Virus record (IMG/VR): IMGVR_UViG_3300035157_001159
Span: 1 to 64,000 of that record
DNA length: 64,000 bases
Direction: 5' to 3' (one strand)
Origin: a virus
Position 1 is the stretch's first letter. Every line of letters begins with the position of its first letter. Below are positions 41,338-50,416 of the stretch, in pieces. The notes under the pieces were generated by a model that saw nothing but the letters and a program-made list of their open reading frames with translations, was not told the DNA's origin and ran no database searches. The translations under genes were made by a program, and so were the position numbers.

Positions 41338-44300
41338 ATGGCTGAATTTAGACTTGGGAGGCTAAAATTTTCTTGGAAAGGCAACTGGGCTACCAGTACT
41401 GCTTATGTAATTGATGATATAGTAAAGTTTGGTGCGAATACATATGTTTGTACTCAGAACCATACTTCCACAAATAGCGAGAATCTTTTTTATAATGATG
41501 ATTCTGCTAAATGGTCCTTACATACGGAGAGTATAGCAAGTAAAGGTGAATGGGTATCTGGTGCTTATTATAAGATTAATGATATTATTAAGTATGGTAA
41601 TAGTCAATATAGAGTAAAGGTAGGTTTCTCTACAACCACACTTGATACTACTAATACAACTCAATTAGAAGAATATATTTCATCATTTAATTATGAAGAT
41701 AGTTGGGATTCGGCAACAGCATATCAAGTTGGTGACGTTGTAGCATACGGTGGTTATACTTATGTTGCTACTAGTGATCATACAAACAAACCACCAGCTT
41801 ATAATCTAGCTAATGATTGGGACATTCTAACAACAGGATTTAATGTTGTAGGTACTTGGGATACTGGTACTGATTACACTCAAGGTAATGTTGTAATCTA
41901 TGGTGGATTTACATACGTTGCGATTTCAACTAGTACTAACGTTGCTCCAAGTTCTAGCACTGCTAAGTGGAGCTTAGTATCTAAAGGTTTTGAGTGGAAA
42001 GGTAACTGGGATGCTAACACTACCTATCTACCAGGTGAAGTTGTCAAACGATTAAGTAATAGTTATGTTGGTATTGTTACTACTAACGTTAACTTAAATC
42101 AAGACCCTTCAACTGATGGTCCAGGTAATTACTGGAACGTTTTGATTGAAGGTGCTGACACCAATGTGATGACAACATCTGGTGACTTGGTTTACTATAC
42201 TACTGGTGCTACTAGACTACCAACTGGAACAGATGGTAAAGTATTAACAGTAAACAGTAGTGGATTACCTAATTGGGAAACCAGTAATGTTACACATCCA
42301 GTTTATTATGTAACTGAGGAAGGATCTGATAGTAATGATGGTTCAAATATTAGTAGATCATTTGCTAGTCTTAAACATGCTTGTGGTATTGCTACTGGAC
42401 CAGCAACAATCTATGTAAAGGCTGGTACATATGAAGAGTCATTACCTATTGTAGTTCCAACTGAAGTATCAATTGTTGGTGATAACCTAAGAACATCTAG
42501 AATTAAACCTCAAGCTGGTGATGCACATTATCAAGTAGTTACTTTAGCAAGTGTACCACAACCAACATTTACAATAACTAATGCTAACTATAATACTGCT
42601 AATGGTAATTTATTATTAACTATAGGTACTCATACACTTAATGTAAATGATAAAGTTAAACTTGCTGAAGAGTCGATAGTATTCAGTTGTAATTTCAATG
42701 GTGCTACTGGTTCTGCTGCTCAGAAAGCATATCCAAGAGCAACTGGAGCAAATACTCCTAGTGGTGCTGACTATGCTTATGATAAAGCTCTTACTGTTAT
42801 AGCAGTAACATCTAACACTATTACTATAAACGTTAATAAGGAACCTGGTCAAGCAATTAGTATTAGTAATACTCACCAATTTGTTTCTGCTACTGGTAGT
42901 GGTCTCAGTAAGGCAGCACCTTATATTTCTTATGGTACTACCATTTCTAATGGTGCTGGAACAAAGACTGCTAGTATTTTAGAAGCAAGTTATGATGAGA
43001 AGACTGTTCATATAAGACCAATGACTGGTGGATTATGGACAACATCAGATACATGGGAGAACCTTGGTAATGATATTGCTATAACAAATGTAGAACAGAG
43101 ATCAAATGCTGAATCTGTAATGTTCTTCATGAGTGACAAAACTATGTTGAAAGACCTTTTAATGGAAGGTATGACTGGTTTTGTTAAAGCAGGACAGGTA
43201 CTACAAAATACAGCTCAAATCGCAGATACTATTGTAACTGGTACTGGATTCTTCCCTGATTTGGTTGGAACTACTGTAACTGGTACTGGTGTTGCTGAAG
43301 GAACTAAAGTTATTAACTTTATTAGTGCTACACAATTAGAAGTTGATAAGAATCAAACAGTTTCTTCTACAACATTAACATTCACTGCATCTCCAGAAGA
43401 CCTTAATAACGCAACTATTAAAGGTGTCTTTGTTCAGATGAACCCTGAGACTCCGATTACTAAATCTCCATATATCTCTAACTGTTCTTGTCAATCAGTT
43501 GGTGGTGTTGGAGCAATTGTAGATGGTAATGTTCATAGACAATTTGCTGATGATGGTAATACTCCATCTAACAAATCAATTGTTATGGACTCCTTCACAC
43601 AGATACATGATGATGGTGTAGGATTCTGGATTACTAATAACGCTGCTGCTGAATTAGTTTCATCATTCACTTATTATTGTCACGTTTCTTATTGTGCTAC
43701 TCGTGGTGGTAGGATAAGATCTCTTGCTGGAAACAGTTCTTGGGGTAACTATGCGATTGTAAGTTCTGGATTTAACCAACAAGAGAAGCATAGAGCAGGT
43801 CAAATTGAAGGACTGATGTTAGAGTTTGAAAAAGACTCTAAAGTAATAGGTGGTGATGGTTCTGCTGTGAATGATTTCCAAGTTGGTGAAAGAATTAGAG
43901 GTAATACTTCAGAGTCAATAGGATATATTAACTCTATTCAGGGTGGTGATAAAACTCTTATTTACTATTCTTTGATTACTGCTGGACCTGCTGGTGTTGG
44001 TACTGGATTTGTTCAGAATGAAACTATAACAGGTTTGACAAATGGTACAACTGCTACTCTACATCCAACTGGTTCAACTGCTAACAGAGGTCAATCAGGA
44101 TTTACGATTGTTGCTTCTGGATTAAGTACTTCACCAACTCTTACTGCTAATGGTAGTATAGAATTTGTTACTGGATCTGGTAACGGTGGATTTAATAATT
44201 CTACAATTACTGGTGCTGATCCGTTTACATTTGTGATTGATGGTGTAAGTCAGACTGGTGCTGATGGACGTGGTTCATTAACTGTTGATAGAGCACAGTG

Positions 44301-45315
44301 GTCAACATCTGGTGCTGCTCATACTGGAGGAACTAAAGCTTTAGTTCATTATCCAGTTGGATCTGGGCAAGCTACATTCTTGACTCCTGCTGCTTCTGGT
44401 GATACTACTATTAACGTTAATACAATTTCTGGATTTAACCCTGGAGAGTATGTATTGAGTCCATCGAAAGAGTTGATGAAGATTGTAAGTCTCAACTCAG
44501 CAACTCAGATGACTGTAACAAGAGCACAAGATGGTGCTGCTGCTGCTTCAGCATATAATATTGGAGAACAATTAGTTTCTATTGGTGCTACTAGTTTGTT
44601 GACTAATAGTGTTGAGCTTTGGAAGGATTGTACTTCTACTGATACTGATATCAGAGTTGTAACTCCTACTCCATTCACTAAGAATGATTTCTATAAGATT
44701 GATAATGAGTTTGTTAAAGTAGTTGGACTATCAACAGATGCTACTGGTATTACTGTGTTAACTCTTGTTGAAGAGAAAGCTGCTAAATGTTTTGATGAAC
44801 AGAACATTAAGATTCGTTATCTCTATAGTCAAGCAAGACTAACAGGACATGACTTCTTACAAGTCGGTACAGGTGGAACAGTTACAACTAACTGGCCTGA
44901 TGTACCTACGGTAGACCCAATTCAGTCACAAGAAATTACTGAAGGGTTCCCTGGACGTGTATTCTATGTTTCAACTGACCAAGATGGTAACTTCCGTGTT
45001 GGTAAGTACTTCCGTGTTAACCAGGCAACTGGTTCCGCAACATTGAATGCTAGTGCGTTCGATCTATCTGGTCTAACTTCACTACAATTGGGTTCAATTG
45101 GTGCTCAGTTAGGTGCTCAAATTAATGAGTTCTCAACTGATGGCACAATGTCACAGAACAGTCCTAATAAGTGTCCTACACAATCAGCAGTTAGAACTTA
45201 TGTTGGTATACAGACTGTTGGTACATTACAGGACGCAGTAAGTCGTGCTGATGCTGGAATCAAAACATCATTTGAATCCGTTAGTGCACCTGCTTTCTTT
45301 ACTGCAACTAGTTAA
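41338..45315 (+). CDS. large virion protein with N-terminal CBM5/12-like repeats; paralog of 15089..17566
   Basis: About five W.xxTxY..xDxVxYGG.TYV repeats; shared SIVG..LR and STDQ.GNFR motifs. Confidence 0.78.
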   Translation: MAEFRLGRLKFSWKGNWATSTAYVIDDIVKFGANTYVCTQNHTSTNSENLFYNDDSAKWSLHTESIASKGEWVSGAYYKINDIIKYGNSQYRVKVGFSTTTLDTTNTTQLEEYISSFNYEDSWDSATAYQVGDVVAYGGYTYVATSDHTNKPPAYNLANDWDILTTGFNVVGTWDTGTDYTQGNVVIYGGFTYVAISTSTNVAPSSSTAKWSLVSKGFEWKGNWDANTTYLPGEVVKRLSNSYVGIVTTNVNLNQDPSTDGPGNYWNVLIEGADTNVMTTSGDLVYYTTGATRLPTGTDGKVLTVNSSGLPNWETSNVTHPVYYVTEEGSDSNDGSNISRSFASLKHACGIATGPATIYVKAGTYEESLPIVVPTEVSIVGDNLRTSRIKPQAGDAHYQVVTLASVPQPTFTITNANYNTANGNLLLTIGTHTLNVNDKVKLAEESIVFSCNFNGATGSAAQKAYPRATGANTPSGADYAYDKALTVIAVTSNTITINVNKEPGQAISISNTHQFVSATGSGLSKAAPYISYGTTISNGAGTKTASILEASYDEKTVHIRPMTGGLWTTSDTWENLGNDIAITNVEQRSNAESVMFFMSDKTMLKDLLMEGMTGFVKAGQVLQNTAQIADTIVTGTGFFPDLVGTTVTGTGVAEGTKVINFISATQLEVDKNQTVSSTTLTFTASPEDLNNATIKGVFVQMNPETPITKSPYISNCSCQSVGGVGAIVDGNVHRQFADDGNTPSNKSIVMDSFTQIHDDGVGFWITNNAAAELVSSFTYYCHVSYCATRGGRIRSLAGNSSWGNYAIVSSGFNQQEKHRAGQIEGLMLEFEKDSKVIGGDGSAVNDFQVGERIRGNTSESIGYINSIQGGDKTLIYYSLITAGPAGVGTGFVQNETITGLTNGTTATLHPTGSTANRGQSGFTIVASGLSTSPTLTANGSIEFVTGSGNGGFNNSTITGADPFTFVIDGVSQTGADGRGSLTVDRAQWSTSGAAHTGGTKALVHYPVGSGQATFLTPAASGDTTINVNTISGFNPGEYVLSPSKELMKIVSLNSATQMTVTRAQDGAAAASAYNIGEQLVSIGATSLLTNSVELWKDCTSTDTDIRVVTPTPFTKNDFYKIDNEFVKVVGLSTDATGITVLTLVEEKAAKCFDEQNIKIRYLYSQARLTGHDFLQVGTGGTVTTNWPDVPTVDPIQSQEITEGFPGRVFYVSTDQDGNFRVGKYFRVNQATGSATLNASAFDLSGLTSLQLGSIGAQLGAQINEFSTDGTMSQNSPNKCPTQSAVRTYVGIQTVGTLQDAVSRADAGIKTSFESVSAPAFFTATS

Positions 45316-45327
45316 TGATAACTTCTT

Positions 45328-45335
45328 TATAAATA
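45328..45335 (+). promoter_or_regulatory. T4-like late promoter
   Basis: Intergenic TATAAATA. Confidence 0.75.
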
Positions 45336-45359
45336 CAAGAAAAGGAACATCTTTTAAAA

Positions 45360-45680
45360 ATGGCATCTGGAATTTTGGGGCAAGCTGCTCCTTCTGCTAG
45401 TACTAATACTTCTGTTTACACAGTTCCTGCGTCAACTCTTTCTGTTGTTAATATAAACGTTCTTAATCGTTCAACATCTAATCCTGTTGATGTAAGAATT
45501 GCTCTAGCGACAGGTAATACTCCAGCAAACTCGGAGTATATTGAGTATGATGTTACGGTTCCTGCGAAAGGAGTTGTTGAAAGAACAGGTATAGCATTAA
45601 ATGCTGGTAAGATAGTTGTAGTATATTGCTCAACTGGCGACACTAGTGTCAGTGTTTATGGTTTAGAACAAGCTGCTTAG
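45360..45680 (+). CDS. small virion structural protein
   Basis: MASGILG..VYTVP..EYIEYD; similar to the repeats in 56047..57504. Confidence 0.72.
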   Translation: MASGILGQAAPSASTNTSVYTVPASTLSVVNINVLNRSTSNPVDVRIALATGNTPANSEYIEYDVTVPAKGVVERTGIALNAGKIVVVYCSTGDTSVSVYGLEQAA

Positions 45681-45689
45681 AGGAATAAC

Positions 45690-45980
45690 ATGGGTAGATA
45701 CATTGGTTTAATTATCAATAAAGGAAAGGGTGGAGGAGGACTAGGTCCTACTGAACCTTTTACTAGATCATCAGGTATTACTACAGATAGTAATAATAAT
45801 GTTACTGCTGTAACCTTAGGTGATGTAGCTTATTCTGATATAAAGTATGATGCTAATGCGTCTACGGTTGGTTTAATCACTGGATTCACTGAAAATATTG
45901 GAGGTGTATCCAAAAAGTGGAGGCTTACATATGAAGCTGGCACTAATTTGGTAACTGTTGTTGAGGAGGATCCAAACTAA
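45690..45980 (+). CDS. hypothetical virion protein
   Basis: GAGG SD; coupled to the next gene. Confidence 0.65.
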   Translation: MGRYIGLIINKGKGGGGLGPTEPFTRSSGITTDSNNNVTAVTLGDVAYSDIKYDANASTVGLITGFTENIGGVSKKWRLTYEAGTNLVTVVEEDPN

Positions 45981-47083
45981 TGGCAATTGATGTTTTAACC
46001 TATAATGCTTTACAAGAAGTAAATCAAGAACTTAGAAAAGAACTTGCTGATCTAACCCAACAAGTCACCGATGCTGGTGGCGGTGGTGGCGGTGGTGCTG
46101 GTGTACCACTTCAAACACAGTGTGATGTAGTAAGAAAGGTTGCTGAAGCAGGATACATGCTTAACGCCAACCAGTGGTGCTTGATACCTACTACTATGGG
46201 TGCATGTCCATTATGTCCTGATGGTGGTACAGCATTTACTAATGGATTTGCTGTTTGTGATACTACAGGATATTATCGTTGTGGTGCTAGCTGTACTTGG
46301 ACTGTTCCATCTGGTGTGACTTGTGCTCGTTTCCAAATCTGGGGTGCTGGTGGAGGTAGTAATGAGTCTAGGTGTTGTGGATTCGCCCCTTCAGGATCTT
46401 CAGGTGCTTATGCTTCTGTTATTATTCCAGTTTCTGCTGGTAGTCAATATACATTATGTGCTGGTTGTGCTTATTGTTGCTATGCTTATGGGGATGGATA
46501 TAACCAAGCAAGAGGGGATACATCTTATGTTCAGGGAACTAACTTAAATAACTTCTGTGCTCTAGGTGGTTGGTCTGGATGTATGTTTAAAGAGATTGAG
46601 GATAGAGCAGATCAGTATGGAGTTAAGATAGGACAGTTCTGTTATTGTAGATATCTTGGTGGATGTATTTGTAGAAGTGGTGCTTGGGTATGTGCTGAGT
46701 ATGAAACACAAGGACAAGGATATCCAGAAGGACATTGCTCAGGAGCTCATCCAGCTTGGGTTTCTCGTTGTGTATGTTTCTATGGAACTTCTACTGGTGG
46801 TAGTGGTGTATATGGACACAGAGGAATGTGGTCATATATAAGTGTTGATAATTACATGCCAGCGTTGGGATGGATTTCTACAATGTATGGTTATCCACAA
46901 TACTGCTGTGGTAGAGGTGGATGTTGGGTATGTAATAACTGTGGTGGATTCTGCCAGAGTGCTTGGCAAACTGGTGTTAGACCGATGCCTGGTGCTGGTG
47001 GGTGGATGACATCTTCCTGTGGTGGTAACTGTACTTGTGGTGACGCAGGTAGAATGGGCATGGTTTGTGTTTGTTATAATTAA
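45980..47083 (+). CDS. Cys-rich fibre/adhesin-like protein
   Basis: N-terminal coiled coil, poly-Gly linker, more than 30 Cys. Confidence 0.75.
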   Translation: MAIDVLTYNALQEVNQELRKELADLTQQVTDAGGGGGGGAGVPLQTQCDVVRKVAEAGYMLNANQWCLIPTTMGACPLCPDGGTAFTNGFAVCDTTGYYRCGASCTWTVPSGVTCARFQIWGAGGGSNESRCCGFAPSGSSGAYASVIIPVSAGSQYTLCAGCAYCCYAYGDGYNQARGDTSYVQGTNLNNFCALGGWSGCMFKEIEDRADQYGVKIGQFCYCRYLGGCICRSGAWVCAEYETQGQGYPEGHCSGAHPAWVSRCVCFYGTSTGGSGVYGHRGMWSYISVDNYMPALGWISTMYGYPQYCCGRGGCWVCNNCGGFCQSAWQTGVRPMPGAGGWMTSSCGGNCTCGDAGRMGMVCVCYN

Positions 47084-47094
47084 TTTGTACACCT

Positions 47095-47102
47095 TATAAA
47101 TA
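47095..47102 (+). promoter_or_regulatory. T4-like late promoter
   Basis: Intergenic TATAAATA. Confidence 0.75.
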
Positions 47103-47123
47103 AGTAAAAGTAGACTGATAGCA

Positions 47124-47837
47124 ATGGCAAAAATTACACAATCATTTACTTACGCTCTGCCAGAGGAAAATTATGTCGCTGGTATTTCGACTACTAAGAC
47201 TGGAACCTATACTTACATAGGACCAGATGAGTTTGATGTGGAGATAGATGGTGAAGGTTATATCATTAATTTTGATTTGTTGGAGTATCCTGATCCCGAA
47301 AGAAGGAAAACTATCAAGGCTACTGAAGCTTCTCAGTTACCTATAGCATATCTTGCTAGACATCATTATGATGAAGAAGGTTTTGTTTGGACAGAAAATT
47401 ATGTTCAAGAAACTATGGATAATGGTGATATATACAATAGGTTGGATAATCCAGACTTAGAAGATGTATATATGACCCCAAGATGGGATGAATCACAAGG
47501 TAAGTGGATTGTAGAACAGATATTGAAAGAACAACGTAATAATGCACAGGCAGAGGCGAAGAGAAGAAAGTCTTATGTAGAGACTTATTATTCACAATAT
47601 GATTTTGGAACCGATGTTAATGCTAAGATAGATGCTTATCTTGTAGGAATTACATCCTTTATAGCTGCTAATCCACCATATAAGACTTGGAAGTATACTA
47701 CTCAACCAACTCCTCCAGATATTCCAAAGATAGATGCTGATATTATGAAGGCATTCAGTGGATTACCATTACCACATAGTTATGCTTTAGGTGGTGGACC
47801 TGTTTTGACATTTCCTGGCGAAACTGCGGAGGGTTAA
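47124..47837 (+). CDS. hypothetical protein, possible fibre assembly chaperone
   Basis: Acidic 237-aa ORF between the two Cys-rich paralogs; role inferred from position only. Confidence 0.55.
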   Translation: MAKITQSFTYALPEENYVAGISTTKTGTYTYIGPDEFDVEIDGEGYIINFDLLEYPDPERRKTIKATEASQLPIAYLARHHYDEEGFVWTENYVQETMDNGDIYNRLDNPDLEDVYMTPRWDESQGKWIVEQILKEQRNNAQAEAKRRKSYVETYYSQYDFGTDVNAKIDAYLVGITSFIAANPPYKTWKYTTQPTPPDIPKIDADIMKAFSGLPLPHSYALGGGPVLTFPGETAEG

Positions 47838-47843
47838 TTACAC

Positions 47844-48980
47844 ATGGATGTATTAGTTTATAGTGCTCTTAATGAGCAGTCATCTCTTAAGAAGCAGATT
47901 GCTGCCAAGCAAAAAGAATTATTTGATTTGAAGGCAGATGCTGGTGGTGGTGGTGCTGGTACTTATGAAGAAGCACCTGTTGAAGCATGGACTGCTGCTT
48001 GTAAGTGGTTATGTATGGATGGTTCTGGATGTAACTTAGAACGTTATCTGAACTGTTGCCCAGCTGATACCACCAAGTGGACTTGTATCTATGAAGGTGC
48101 AGATTGGACTGGTAATACGAAGGTTTGTAACACTACTGAGAGTGGTAATTGTGGTAAAAACTGTACTTGGGTTGTTCCTTCTGGTGTAACTAGAGCTAGA
48201 TTTCAATTGTGGGGTTCTGGTGGTGGAGCAAACCATGCATCTAGATGTTGTGGATGGACACACTTTGGATCTACTGGTGCTTATCTTTCAGTTATTATTC
48301 CAGTAACTGCTGGACATTCTTATACAGTTTGTGCTGGTTGTGCTTATTGTTGTTGGGGTGGTTCTCAATCTGGTTCTAATAGAATACCAGGATGTCCAAC
48401 ATATGTTACTGGATGTGGATTATGTTATGTTTGTGCTCAAGGTGGTGATGGATCACAGGGTGAGTATTGGGGAACTAGATTAGGTGGAGAGAATCCTTGC
48501 TATCAACCATGTCATAATGGTAGTTACAGAGAAGTTCGTGTTTGTCAGTATGGTGCATCAATATGTAAAAATAGTGGTGGATATAGTGGAAACTTCCCTG
48601 CAATGGCTGGTTCAATCTATGCTGGTACGTTAAATATAGATCCAGCAGCAGCAGATTTGGATGGATCGGGTACTCCTACACACACAAAACTAACTCCAGA
48701 GAACTTAATTTATGGTATCCGTGGAATATGGGGTGGTTGGTGTCACCATACAAATAATTATGGTTGTAACTGCCATGCTCCAATATATGGATTTGAGAAT
48801 ACTTCACAATGTGTACAGGGATGGTCATCAAACTCATGTTGTGGTGGTGGATGGAGATATACTAGTGGATATCTACAAGTTCCTGGTGCTGGTGGATGGA
48901 CTTCAAGTTCTTCTAGTGGTTGTCAGAACCATTGTGGAGACATGGGTAGATTTGGAATGGTTTGTATTCAGTGGAAGTAA
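47844..48980 (+). CDS. Cys-rich fibre/adhesin-like protein, paralog of 45980..47083
   Basis: Shared CTW.VPSGVT.ARFQ.WG, SRCCG, CAGCAYCC, GD.GR.GMVC. Confidence 0.75.
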   Translation: MDVLVYSALNEQSSLKKQIAAKQKELFDLKADAGGGGAGTYEEAPVEAWTAACKWLCMDGSGCNLERYLNCCPADTTKWTCIYEGADWTGNTKVCNTTESGNCGKNCTWVVPSGVTRARFQLWGSGGGANHASRCCGWTHFGSTGAYLSVIIPVTAGHSYTVCAGCAYCCWGGSQSGSNRIPGCPTYVTGCGLCYVCAQGGDGSQGEYWGTRLGGENPCYQPCHNGSYREVRVCQYGASICKNSGGYSGNFPAMAGSIYAGTLNIDPAAADLDGSGTPTHTKLTPENLIYGIRGIWGGWCHHTNNYGCNCHAPIYGFENTSQCVQGWSSNSCCGGGWRYTSGYLQVPGAGGWTSSSSSGCQNHCGDMGRFGMVCIQWK

Positions 48981-49052
48981 ACCAAAATCAACTTTTAATT
49001 TCAAAAATGGCGGAAAAAAAACTCCGCCATTTTTTTTGTCTGTAGGGTCGAT
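48981..49052 (+). repeat. structured intergenic repeat, copy A (contains terminator-like hairpin)
   Basis: ACCAAAATC..., stem AAAAATGGCGGA/TCCGCCATTTTT, then TCTGTAGGGTCGAT; second copy at 60287. Confidence 0.8.
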
Positions 49053-49088
49053 AGGTAGTAATATCATTACATAACATTCTTTTCTTTG

Positions 49089-49117
49089 TTGACTATATAT
49101 TAAAACAATGCTACAAT
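49089..49117 (+). promoter_or_regulatory. sigma70-type promoter of the heptose/carbamoyl cassette
   Basis: TTGACT, 17 nt, extended -10 TGcTACAAT. Confidence 0.8.
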
Positions 49118-49141
49118 ATTAAACATTGAGGTTTGAGTTGA

Positions 49142-50410
49142 ATGAAAAAAGCTTTCTTTATTAATGGTGGTAGTGGACGTGTACTTTGTTCCATGCCAGC
49201 ATTAGAAAAATACGCTGAGAAAGATGACGATTTTATAATCGTTGCTGAATCTTGGGGTGAACTATACTTTTTAAATGAGAAATTAAGAGATAAGGTATAT
49301 CAAATGGTTCATAAAGGACTATTTGAAACTATGTTGACTGATCGAAAGATAATATCACCAGAACCATATAGAGTTAATCAATACTTTAATCAAAAATGTA
49401 ATCTCATTCAAGCATTTGATATTGAAATCAATGATCTTGATGATGTTAGAGATCCTGGTCCTATTAACCTATCTCTTAGTAAAGAAGAGCAGATAACTGG
49501 ACATAATGTAGTAGCAGAAGTTAAGCAAACTTTAGGTAAAGATAAAACAGTAGTTTTTCAACCATTTGGTCAGGGAAGTAAGAAGGAAGGAAACTTCATT
49601 TTTGATCCTACTGGCAGAAGTTTTGAAGTTTCAAATGTTATTCAAGTAATAGAAGAGTTAAGAAAAAATTATTCTGTTATTTTAATGACTGAGATAGAAA
49701 TTCCAGGATGGGAAGGACTTGGTGTTGCTTGTCCTACTGGAATGGATCTTAATAAATGGGCAGGAGTAATTAATGCTGCTGATTATTTTGTAGGTTGTGA
49801 TAGTGTGGGACAACATTTTGCTCATGCTATGGGTAAACCTGCTACTGTTGTGGTAGGGTCAACTTATCCTGAAAACATTTCATATCCAGAAAGTAAGAAA
49901 TTTACTATTATTGATAATGCTGAAGGGAAGAGAAGATATAGTCCTATAAGATTGACATATGATTTATTTACTGAAAGGAATAATGAAGCTTTAATGTGTT
50001 TTGATAGTAGTGTTGTTAAAAAGATTGCAAAATCAATCAAAGATAAGATAGGTGTAAGCACTACAAATAATAAAACAATGGGACTAACTTCTCCCCCAAG
50101 AAATACTTTAAATCAAAGTAAAGCATATGCTACACCTAAACCAGGAGCAGGAGGAGGATTTAAATCTAATATTAAAGAACTTAAACCTAGTACTAAAGAA
50201 CCAGTAAAATTTAAATCAAAATCAAAATTAACATCATCTAAGACAGAAGTATTAGAACCTTCTAAAACTACTCCTTTAGCAATGAAACCGTTATCTTCTG
50301 GTAGTAGTAAGGGTGTTAAATATAATGGCTTCCAACAACCATTAAAGCCATCTTCAAAGAAGAAACCAATTGATCAATTGTTGGAACTTGAAGTTAATTC
50401 TAAATCGTAG
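49142..50410 (+). CDS. GT9-like (heptosyltransferase-fold) glycosyltransferase with Lys/Ser/Pro-rich tail
   Basis: GGSGRVLCSMPAL N-terminus; ADYFVGCDSVGQHFAHAMGKP matches the GT9 DS..xH.A.A.GxP motif. Confidence 0.68.
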   Translation: MKKAFFINGGSGRVLCSMPALEKYAEKDDDFIIVAESWGELYFLNEKLRDKVYQMVHKGLFETMLTDRKIISPEPYRVNQYFNQKCNLIQAFDIEINDLDDVRDPGPINLSLSKEEQITGHNVVAEVKQTLGKDKTVVFQPFGQGSKKEGNFIFDPTGRSFEVSNVIQVIEELRKNYSVILMTEIEIPGWEGLGVACPTGMDLNKWAGVINAADYFVGCDSVGQHFAHAMGKPATVVVGSTYPENISYPESKKFTIIDNAEGKRRYSPIRLTYDLFTERNNEALMCFDSSVVKKIAKSIKDKIGVSTTNNKTMGLTSPPRNTLNQSKAYATPKPGAGGGFKSNIKELKPSTKEPVKFKSKSKLTSSKTEVLEPSKTTPLAMKPLSSGSSKGVKYNGFQQPLKPSSKKKPIDQLLELEVNSKS

Positions 50411-50416
50411 GGTATT

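Noticed and set aside
48712-49074. 120-aa ORF across the intergenic repeat
   Set aside because: Overlaps the Cys-rich gene out of frame and runs through the hairpin
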